64,000 nucleotides of DNA, taken from positions 610,622,645 to 610,686,644 of the forward strand of contig NC_058131.1 in assembly GCF_016433145.1 (NCBI RefSeq). The letters run 5' to 3'. The translations under genes were made by a program, and so were the position numbers. Positions 12,201 to 23,700 of the stretch are shown here, piece by piece. Position 1 is the stretch's first letter, and each line of letters opens with the position of its first letter. The stretch is from Gracilinanus agilis. Its lineage: Eukaryota. Under the pieces are notes generated by a model that had not been told where the DNA came from, searched no databases, and was given only the letters and a program-made list of their open reading frames with translations.

Positions 12201-14678
12201 ATGACTAGGGAGCTAGCCTGGGGTTGCAGCCTCTAAACAGACATGGGCATCCAATGAGCCTCATACCTTTAGGAATTGCCAGATGTCCTTCTCAGAGGGC
12301 AATGAAGCTCGCTGGATCTGACTTTGACAGTAATTCAGGAGACTACCTGACCCTAAAGCCTCGTGAAGTTCCATGGACCGTGCCAACAGCTCAGACTCTG
12401 TGGTAACTTGACTGATGAAGATGAGGTGAGAGATAGGCTGTGGTAATTGCTGGGTTGGGGGGCTGGGCAGACCAAAGGTGACCAGTTTTCCCCCAAACTG
12501 TAAAAAAAGAAGAAAGATCACACGTAGTCTACTCACATACTAAAGACCAGAACATGGTCTGTGCTTTGTTCTCCCCTCTTTCAATCACCACCAAAGAATG
12601 CTGCAACTCAGCGAGGGGAGTCACTGTTAATCCTGCATCTGAATTCCAGTTCTGCCACTTACGTGACGCTGGAAAAGTTACTTCACCTCTTAGGCCTGCG
12701 TTTCTACACTTTAAAATAAAGAGGTTGGACTGGATAGTCTTTATGTGTGCTTCCATCTCTGAACTCCAATCACCTGATGAGTAAGAGGAGCTTGGAACCA
12801 CTAGAGAAGGAATGGGGAGCCAGCCACAGAGATAGGCTGCTTAATGCATTTGGACAGACTGACCTGAAGAGAACTCCTCAGGCTTCAGGCCACTGCTAGA
12901 TCCCTAGGGAACATGCCTTCTACAACCAGGAGTCCCAGCCAGGACTGAGAAGAGTGAGTCCTTCTAAGCTGTGCTACTCAGTGTTCCAGACTTCACTACA
13001 GACATTTGTTCTCTAAAAATATCACCATCCACATTATCCCAGTTGGAAATCCTTGCTGTCACCTTTAACTCTTCTCTTTCCTCTCCCTACTTCTCCAGGC
13101 TGTCATTTCTTCCTTCAGATCTTGGATACTTCTCACCTCTTGCTCCCCAATGCCACCATTAGTTTTGGTTCTCATCACCTTGTTCCTGGTCACTGCAATG
13201 GTTTCCCAATTGGCTCCTCTGCCTCCAGGATCTCCCTAGGCCAAGCTGTCTTTAACATCAGTGTCAAATTAACATCCCTACAGCACACAGAGTCCTGCCA
13301 CTACTCTACTCACAAATCGTCCTCATTGGCCATAGAAAGAAAGCCAAACTCCTCTGACCACCAATCGAAGTCTTTCTTTGCAGTGTTGTCTGCTCTCCTA
13401 TGGGCACCCTTGGCTTCCTGGCCCCAGAACTCACAAGGTTTACTCATGTATCTGGGTCTGCCTCCCCACAAAGAGTGTTCTTTGCTTTTCTCCTTGCCCT
13501 TCTAAACCCTTTCCATCTTTTAAGCCCCAGAGGAAGGGCCATCTTTTTCATGTTTTCTTTGATTCACTAGCCTATATCAACCCCCCCTCTGAATTCCTAT
13601 GGGTTCTTAGTTTGAATCAAAGTTTGGATACTTAACTATTACATTTGTCTTCCAGAAAAGGCTAGAAAGGAATACATCTGCATTGCTCTTTATAGTTTAC
13701 GAATGTTTTTTTTTTTAAACCGTTAACTTCTTTGTATTGGCTCCTTGGTGGAAGAGTGGTAAGGGTGGGCAATGGGGGTCAAGTGACTTGCCCAGGGTCA
13801 CACAGCTAGGAAGTGTCTGAGGCCAGATTTGAACCTAGGACCTCCCATCTCTAGGCCTGGCTCTCAATCCACTGAGCTACCCAGCTGCCCCCAAATGTTT
13901 ATTTTTTTAAAAACCCTTACTTTCTGTCTTAGAATCAATACTGAGTATCACTTCCAAGGCAGAAGAAGAACAAGGGCTAGGAAACAGGGCTTAAATGACT
14001 TGGCTAGGGGTCACAGAGCTAGGAAGTGTTGGAGGTCACATTTGAACCCAGGACCTCCTGCTTCCAGATCTGGCTCTCAATCCACTGGGCCACCCACCTG
14101 CTGCTACAAAGTGTTTTACAAGTCATTATCTCATTTTATCTTCATAGGTCACCATATAGCACAATAGAAAGGGTGCTAAATCTGAAGTGAGAGGATCTGG
14201 GGTTCAAGTACTAGATCTGCCATGTACTTCCTGCGGGTCACAAAGCAAGTTGCTTAACACCTTTAGATCCCCATTTCCTTATCTGCAAAATATAGACATT
14301 GAACTAGAAGACCTCTACAATCCCTTCTGGCTTGAAATCTATGATCCTGTGACCTTCTGAAATAAGTAGAACAGGTATGGCTACTTCTATTTTACAGATT
14401 CAGAAACTGGTTTATCAAGGCTGCTCCATCCATCAGACCATGTTGTCTTCAATGAAAGGTCTTTGGGGGAAAGAACCACGTAAGACTGTTTCCTCCAAAG
14501 CCCCCAGGAGGGATTTCATAGGAACTAAGACTGAAGGGAAAGTGAACTAAGCCTATTCATTTTGCCAATGAGGACAATGAAGCCTAAAGAAGTGATTCAT
14601 ACAAGATAGCATGTAAGAGACATCACTTTATTCCTGCTCATTGACCCTATATATGCATGCGTGCACACACACACTCAC

Positions 14679-14743
<65 letters not shown>

Positions 14744-17700
14744 GACAAGAGAAGAACAGAACTTACTGCAAATGAGGCACCTGTTGGCCGACGAACCCAT
14801 TTTGGGGGCTTCTTCAGTGGAGGAATTAAGTTGGTGTGGGCCACCTGCTCCGGTACCTCCAGTGGAGGAAGAGGATGGCCAGTGCCAAATGGATCAAGGC
14901 TACTGAAAGAAGATGAGATCTGAAGGCAGAAGCATGGATGAGTCAGTAGTATGAAGCAGAAGACCCAGCCAAGGCCTCAGGTCACATAAATGCCAACCCA
15001 CAGCAGCCTGGGCTGCCCTCAAGAGTGCTAGTTTCTAAAATCTGTAGCTGAGAGAAGGAAACAGAGCCCGCCGCAAGTCAGGGTCCACCCTGGGATTTGA
15101 CTCCAATGATATTCCCTGCAGGGCATGAGAGCAGGGGTGCTAGGGTATAGCCTTCACCTTTCTAATATGCCTCATGAAAGGGAGGATTAGAAGCTGCCAG
15201 GCTCTCTTTGAACATAATAACAGCAGCAGCTCACATTCACTGAGTGCTTTAAGGTTATAAAAACACCTGTACAAAATAGTCCTTAAGGTAAGGAATATTA
15301 ATATCTATCACAAGGATGGGTATTAGAAGTGTTATTCTTTTCCCTTTTTTATAGATGAGAAAAGGAAGGTCCTGTGAGTCCCCCAAGGAATAACAAAGTC
15401 AGAGCCTAAACCCCAGGTTCTTGACTCCTGGGCCCAAGCCGTTCTCATGGTGCCAACTTGCAAAGCCTGACCCTCAAAGTGCTGGCCACGTCCAACCTAA
15501 GCCACAGATTTCAGAACAACTGGCACTGCCTGTCTCCTTGAGTGAGAGACCTCAGAGGAGTTTGGTTCCAAACTCATTGCTGTGCCCTGTGCCCTGGCTG
15601 CCTGCTCCAGTCACAGTTTCCCCTAGAGCCTACCATCCCCACCCTTTGCCTTCACCTTGTCGGCTTGGGTCTTCTGCTGGGCTTCCCAGTTTCCTCCCAT
15701 GACTGAGTACAAACTGATCCAGCCATTGAAGGAGGCAGCTGAGAATACTGGAGGGTTCCTTGGACACCACTGGACATCAAAGCACCATCGGTTCTGTGTG
15801 GGCAGCTTATATACCACCTGATGTAGGGAGATAAAATCATCACGGCCCAGCCCCCAACAAGGCAGACCTGAGCACATGCCTCAAAGAAGAGCTATCCCTC
15901 CTGCCCCTGCATTGCCAAAGTCAAACTCTTGTGGCTCTCCAAAGGTCTAGCCCCCAGAGCATCACCTTCTGCCTCCTCCAACTTCCCTCTCGTCCTCTAC
16001 TACCTGCTCCTGGGGCAGCCCCTGCCCACCTCTCCGCTTCCCAGGTTCCAGCACAGGATCTGGTTATCTTTGGCGCTACTGAGCAGCAGCTCTGGGTCAG
16101 CCTGGCTCCACGACACTGACAGCACTCCCCTAAAAAGTCCAGAAGTCAGAAGTCACTCCATTATGGCATCTGTTTCTCTCCTGAAGGATATGCTAGTGCG
16201 AAAAGTACCAATTAAGACCACCTAAGCAGATGGCATCTATTTAGAATGAGGTGTTGGGCTACTGTCTATCCCTAGGAAGGCAATGAGAACTTGACCTTTG
16301 TCTTGTGAAGGAAGGTTCAACAGCCAAATATGAGAGATTTGGCTATGTGTGGGCTACAGGGCGGCAGCAACAGTTCTTGGGGCACAGCTTGCAGGGAGGT
16401 GCCAGCCGTTGTAGGGGGTCGAGGTTTTGGAATCTCAATTTTAGCTGTTGTTAAATGTCTTGGTGAAGGTAATCTTGATATCTAGAGGGCTAACATAGAT
16501 GAAAGCCTGAGGGAATCTCCCAAAGAGGGTAACTGCTGACCTAAATAATCTCAATGACCCCTGGCTACCCTTGGAGGCCCTGCCAGGCTAATGGCTGGCT
16601 AAGGCCTTCAGTGCCAGCAATAGCCATGCACTATGAGGCTCACAAAACCCATGAGGCCTGAAGTGGATGGCTAGAATCTCAGACTGTTTTCCATGATCCA
16701 GAGGTCCGCAGCAATCCCTCAGGGACCTATGGTCTCAGAGCTGTAGGAGCAGGGCCAAGAACCCAGGTCAGCTACCTCCCAACAACGATGGAAAGTCTGG
16801 CACTACCTGCTATGGCTGTCCAGCACTTTGAGTGGGGATGAGGCAAACCGTAGGTCCCACATTTGGATCACTGGAAGGCGATCGTCCTCAGAGCACAGCA
16901 CCAGCTGTGTAGCCACTTCTGGATGCCAAGCCAGGCCAGAGCAGTGCATCTGAGGGTCAAACAGGTCCCACCTTACACTGTGTCTGACCATTCTATGTTT
17001 AACTCCAGCCAGGCTGTGAGCTCCCTAAAGTGAGGGCATTGCTTCTTTGGTCTCCTCCATGGAGACATGCCTGATGCCAGCCATATGCTAGGCATTAGTA
17101 AAGCGCTGCTGGCTCATGATGAAGGAAGGTAGAGGCTGAGTACCAAGCAGGGAGGTGGGCCACCTAGGAGACACCCATACACAAGTGTTTGGCTCAGCCT
17201 TATTCAGCCTTGTGCTCTCATTAGGCAAACTAAAGATATTGACAGGCCCACAATCCCAGCAAATGCAATAGGAGGATGTGATGGGGATAAGAGAGGCTAG
17301 GGCAGAAATACAGGATGGAAAAGGAGCTGTAAGTACCAAGACATCCAATTCAAATATTTATGAAGCAAGTGTGAACTTAGGGGCCTGTCCCTAGGACAAC
17401 TGCATGCAGCAAGTCCTTTGGGGCTGTGCTGGGAATGGGAAGGGGGTATGTTGGGCTTTGTCACTGCAGCCCTGGCTTCATCTCAATGTGCCATTAATTA
17501 ATCCTGCAATTACAATCAGTCAGGGGAAGCCAAGGGCCTCTGACAGAGAAGAGCTCCATGAACAGCGGTGTCTCCTTTGACCATGAGGGGCAGAGGGGAG
17601 ACAGCAGAAGGGGATAGGAGGTGGAGCAGGAAGAAAATAAGGGATACAGAAAATAGGAAGAAAAACCAGGGGGGTACAAAGGGGGATACCTACTCCTAAG

Positions 17701-20700
17701 AGCTTAAAATGTAATGGTGAGGGACAGCTGGGTAGCTCAGTGGAGTGAGAGTTGGGCCTAGAGACAGGAGGTCCTAGGTTCAAACACGGCCTCAGCCACT
17801 TCCCAGCTGTGTGACCCTGGGCAAGTCACTTGACCCCCATTGCCCACCCTTACCAATCATCCACCTATGGGACAATACACCGAAGTACAGGGGTTTAAAA
17901 ACAAACAAACAAACAAACAAACAAAAATGTAATGGTGAGGGGACAGCTAGGTGGCTCAGTGGATAGACAACCAGGTCTGGAGACAGGAGGTCCTGGGTTC
18001 AAATCTGGATATAGACACTTCTTAGCTGTGAGACCCTGGGCAAGTCACTTAACCGTCATTGCCTTGCCCTTACCACTCTTCTACCTTGGGGAACAAATGC
18101 TTAGTATTGTTTCTAAGACAGAAGGTAAGAGGGGTTTTGTTTGTTTGTTTGTTTGTTTGTTTGTTTGTTTGTTTGTTTGTTTTAAGTGCTGAGGGTATTC
18201 AGAAGGAGATATCCAGTAGGCAGAAAGTGAGAGGGTCAGAGGTCTCCTGCCAAGTCCTGTATATGAGCAATCATGTAACCTCTTTGTGGCTCAGTTTCCT
18301 AATCTATGACAACTGAAGTCTTGAAAGTGAAAAGCAAAGGTATAGATATAAAATAGAACCAAGGGCAGAACCTCAGGTGGGTCCAGTTTACATTTAAGTT
18401 ACATTTAAGTAAAAGGAGGAGCCAGTGAGAGGGACAGAGACAGGGCATTCAGAGGGGTTGAAGGAGAGTGTGAGGCACTTCCATCACTCACCCTATTGCT
18501 GTGGTCGCTGACCTTGATGATGGGCTCATTCTTCCTGAGGTCCCACACCACAGCCTTACCACTGGGATGAGCAGAGGAAAGGATGTGCTGGACTTGCTGA
18601 TTCCAAGACAGAGCACTAACATCCTCTGGAGGCTGCTGAGGCAGAGATGTGCCACTGTAGGGCCCGGCACCCTTCTTTTCAGATCATGGGGTGCCTATTG
18701 CTCTGGTTAACCAGATAGAGGCCAAGAGCAGGTGTAGACTGGGACACCATCCCAGAAGAATCCCAGGGAGCAAGAGCAAAACTTTTAGGAGAAGCCCTTT
18801 GAGCTGTGAAGTTGCTGGGAAGGGGGATTTTTAAGCTTTTGTCACTTGGACCATCCTGATTCCATCTTAATGTGCCACTGACCATTAGTTAACTTAGCAA
18901 TGATAATAGGTCAGGGAAAAGCCAAGGGCCCCAGACAAAAAGGCTTTTTCGGCAGTTATGGTGCTTCTGACCATGCTCAAGGTGGGTTAGGGGGTGTATA
19001 AGGGCCAGAGAGCCTTCGCACCACAGGGAGAATGAAAGAGAGATAACCATGAGAAATATTCAAGGAGAAACTCAAGCTAGAAAATACCTAGCTGACAATG
19101 CCAATAAATTCAAACACAACTTACCTCACGATACTGCAAGCACAAGGGAGGGAGGGGACAGGAAGTAAAGAGAAGACAATTACAGAGTGACAGGCAGACA
19201 CAAACAGACACAGGCAGGCAGGCAAAAGTATACTTCTGAATGGAAAGTCTGAATTTCCCCCTTCCCAGAGAAGTTAGAAACTCATGCCAGGAATATTGAT
19301 GCTCCCTCCCTGCCTGATATAGGGTTGGGTGCCTCCCTCCCTTTCCAAAGGACCCTTGAAAGAAGTCCTGGGTAAGAAGGACAGATGACAGCCTTGCTTT
19401 TGCCTTGCTTCCTAACCCTATCCTTCTCCCTCCAAAAGACTCTTTTCCCAGCTCTCTACCTACTCTACCTAGAAGATTAAGAAAGGTCCTTGAGAAAGAA
19501 GGTTTGCTGCTCCCTTATAGGGAGTACCATCTGGCAAGCAGTTTCACCCCTTCCCTTTAACCCTTCACCTCTGAGTTATCATCATTTTACTACCATTGCC
19601 TTTTTTTTTTTTGGTTATGGAGCCTCAGTGCCCCCCAGTGGCATAATCAGGAGCAACCTGGCTCCCAGCTTCCCCCAAGGACAATTTTATACATTGGCCA
19701 TACTGCAGCCTCACCTGAGACTTGGATCCTGGCATCATTGGCACGTTAAAATTATTCAAATCCCAAATGAAGATTTCTGAATCATTTGCTCCTGAGGCCA
19801 GGAGGTTGCTCTGTATGAAAAACAGAAACATAGTGGCCTCCCCATTCCCAGGGAAAAAGAAAAGACAAATCTAGGCCCCTAGCACGGAAGGTATTTAAAC
19901 TGAGGGGGACCAAGGCCTGTCCAGGAACACCCATGAGAAAATGCCCTTCTCAGTAATATATTAGAGCATGAATTGAAAGCTAATGGGGTTTCAACAGCAA
20001 ATGACTTGCAGGCATACCTGGAAAGGATTAAAGTCAAGGGCTCTGACAGCACCTGTGTGCTTCTCCTTCTGAGCAATGAGAGGTTCCTTCCCGGAAGTCA
20101 GGATTTGGGATACACTGAACAGGGTGAGCACACCATTGTCCCCTCCACCTGCAATGACCCCAGAGCCTTCAGGAGATCCACTGCTAAAATTCCCCCAGAT
20201 CAGCTTGTGAAACCTGTAAAGAGAGGATCTGGTCACACCGGCATAAATTCAGAGCTACAGCGTCCTGTAGTAACTAGAACAAAGCATCAATCTCTCACCA
20301 TTCATGGACATCTTTATATCCTTATACTCATCACAAACTCACACTCCAACACAGTGACTCTACTTCCTGCCCAGTCCTGACAATCCAGTCAGTCCTTTCT
20401 CAGGCACTAAACAGATGTTTAGCCCACTTCCTTAACCAGTGGAGGAAGTAGAGGGCCATGGCCTCAGGGCCAGAAAAAGAGTCTACCTTTTCTCCAATGC
20501 TTAGCAGATTGCCTGGAATGTAGCAAGGGCATAATAAATGCTTTTTATTCACTCAAAGGGATAGGCTACTTCCCCACAAAGACAAACAAAATTTTCTTTC
20601 TCCTGTTCTGAGGCATCATCACCATCTTCAATGTCCATATTTATATATTGCTTTCTGATTTGTAAAACATTCTCTACGACAACCCTCTAAGGGAGGGAGA

Positions 20701-23700
20701 ACAAGTATTAAACATATTTTATAAAGAAATTGAGTCCCTGAGAAGTTACCTGAGTGGCTCAGGGACACACAGGTAAATACTAGCTGTAAGATCTGGATAC
20801 ATAGCTCTAACCCTACGGGCCTGTTTCCTCCTCTGTAAACAGGAGATAATCTTTAAGGTCTCTCCCAATTCCCAGACATATGATCCTAGGACGTATCAGG
20901 GCTAAATTTCAAACTCTAATCTTCTAGATCCAAAATCAGAACTCTTCCTGGTACTCTGGATCCAGTAACAAATCCCAGTCTGATTGAAAATATTTCTTTT
21001 GACAAAGTAAAGTCTCATCTTTGGGAGAGAAGCAGCTACAACATTTGTTCAAAGTCTCTGCCAGTTGCTGTGTGCCCCCAAAGGTTACTTTCTCTGGGAA
21101 AGCCTCAGAGAAAGAGTCACATGAGAATATACAGCCCATTCTGAAAAGAAACCAGACTTCTGGGGAGACCATTTTAATCAAGTTCCCAGAATCTGTACAA
21201 GGAAAAAAGAATGTTCAACCCTATTGAGTGAAAAGGCATTGTAGTACATTGTTACCCTTTTTCTAAAAGATCAGAGCAAAATTCAGGCAGCATGTTGTAA
21301 GATGTGGGTTCTACTCCCAGCTCTGCCAACATCTCACTCATCATGTATATGACCTTCAGAAAAATACTTCGCACTGCAAGGCCTCAGTATCCTCATCTGT
21401 AAAATGAGTAGCCTGGACTAGCTAGATTTCTGTTAAGGTCTTTTTCAGGTCTAACAAACTATCTCCTATCTGGAAGTACAATGGGTTAGATTAAGCACCA
21501 ATGATAACAGTTAAGAATTCATGAGATTCACTTATAAGCCTCTTTATCTTCTGGTTCCTTTCTAACTGCCTAAGAACATTTTTTTATTCTTAAGAAGCCT
21601 TCACTTAACCCTGTCATGCTCTAAAGCTACAATTTTTTGTATCTTTCGGCAAACTTTGGAAAAAACTATTTACATTCAATGCCTACATTTCCTCACTTTC
21701 ACTCACATTTCAACTTAATAATAATAGCTAGCAATTATATAGCATCTATTATGTGCCATGCACTATGCTAACTATTTGCAAAAAGATGATCTCATTTGAT
21801 TCTCACAACTCTGGGAGGTACATACATTCCTATCCCATTTTACAGTTGAAGAAACTAAGGCAAATAGGACTTGCCCAAGGTCACACAGCTAATAAGTGGA
21901 TGAGACTGAATTTGAACTCAGGTTTTCTTGACTACAGGCACAGTGACCTCTCTATTGTACCACTTTTCAATCTGGCTTCTTACCCCAGCTCTTTACTAAA
22001 ACGGTTCTTTCCCAAGTTACCAATGGTTTCTTAACTGCCAAATATAATGATCTTTTCTCAAGATCCAAAAAATTTGTAGTAGCTCTTTTTGTGCTGGCAG
22101 AGAATTGGCTGAACAAGTTATGATATATGGATGTGATGTGGATGGAATATTATTGTGCTATAAGAAATGATGAAGGACATGGTTTCAGAGAAATAAGGGA
22201 AGACATGTATGATCTGATGCAGAGAAATGAGCAGAACCAACATTAACGATGTTTTAAATCAAAAAACTTTGAAAGACTTAAGAACTCTGATCACCACAAT
22301 GAATAGCTATAATTCCAGAGTACTCAAAATGAAACATGTTAATACAGATGTGATGAACACAAGAGTGCAGACTGAGACATATTTTTCTGAATATAACCAA
22401 TGTGGGAATTTGTTTTGCTTGACTATACATGTTTATAACATGAGGTTTTGTTTTTCTTGCTCTTGCAATTGGAAAGGGGTGGGGATGGGAGGGTGGAGAT
22501 TGAATGGGAGGGAGAGAAGGCAGATATTTATTTGAAAATAAAAGGTAATTAAAAAATTAAAAATAACATCTCCCTCAATGGTTTTTTCTCAGTACTCTTT
22601 CCTTACTGACTTTCCTGTAGCTTTTGATAATACTGACCACATTTCTTCCCCCCACAACCTCTTCCTCTATTTACATGACACTGCTTTCATTCTTCTCTTG
22701 CTCAAATAGATCAAACATCTTTTGCTAAGTAGTCTGTTCCCTCTTTGAAGGGGGAAGCTATTTTTTCATTTTGTCTTTACATGCCAAAGGCTGGCACAAT
22801 GCCTGACACAGAGTGTCTAATTAATGTTTATTGAATTGAAGCTTGTTTCCTCATTGGTGGAAACATATTAGAGTACCTACCTCGCAGTGGGCTGTGAGGC
22901 TCAGATTAACTACTTTGACTATATAAAGCTCTTAGTAAATCTTAAGTGCTATATAAGTAATAAGGCATCTAGATGTTGTAGCAGAAAGAACACCGAATCA
23001 GATGTCAGGAAGACCTGAGTTCAAATTCCACCTTAGACAATTACTAGCTGTGTGACCCTGGTTAACCCAGGTCAGCTTCAATTTCTTTAATCTGTAAAAT
23101 GAGATTAATGATAGTGCCTACCTCCCAGAGCATTTATGAGGAAAAAATAAGATAACCTATTTACAGCCCTTTATAAATGTTATCTATTTATATTACCAAA
23201 AGGGTGTTTATTTCTTTAAAATGTTCCTCCACGTGATTACTTATTTTAGTATGTAACATTAGCTGTTTGCCTATTTTATTGAAGTTAAATTTAAGTTTGT
23301 TTATTTAAAAAGTAGAAGCAATGGAAAAGTCACGCTTGTTCTCCAGACTCAGGTAAAGTAGTTGGTGGAGGCATTAAAAAACATAAATCAAAGTTTTTGT
23401 TACCACAATGCCCTATGAAAAATACTAAACTTAAAGCAAAACTCACAATGACAAATAAGAAGAGATAATACTTTTCCTAGGAGAAAACAAAATTTTAAAA
23501 CATTATCTGAAGAGGTGGTATAATTGACAGTGAGGTAAATTCTCATTAGAACAATGGTCAAAATCAATTCTAAATTAGAAGAAAGAATAAAAATGAGAAG
23601 AGACAGGCATGAAGTTGAGGCAACTCCATCCAACCTTACCTATTTAAATAAGTTGTGACTAAAAGTTAAAAATGGATAAAAGATCAGACAATGACACAAA

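Noticed and set aside
13053-13505. 150-aa plus-strand ORF in SEC31B intron 10
   Set aside because: L2-like CT-rich sequence antisense to the host gene; no recognisable domain.
14647-14923. ORFs with SLSLSL / REREREE runs
   Set aside because: Translation of the (CT)n microsatellite joined to SEC31B exon 10 or its antisense.
17721-17800. tRNA-like A and B boxes (also in other SINE heads)
   Set aside because: tRNA-derived SINE heads followed by CORE and tail; not tRNA genes.
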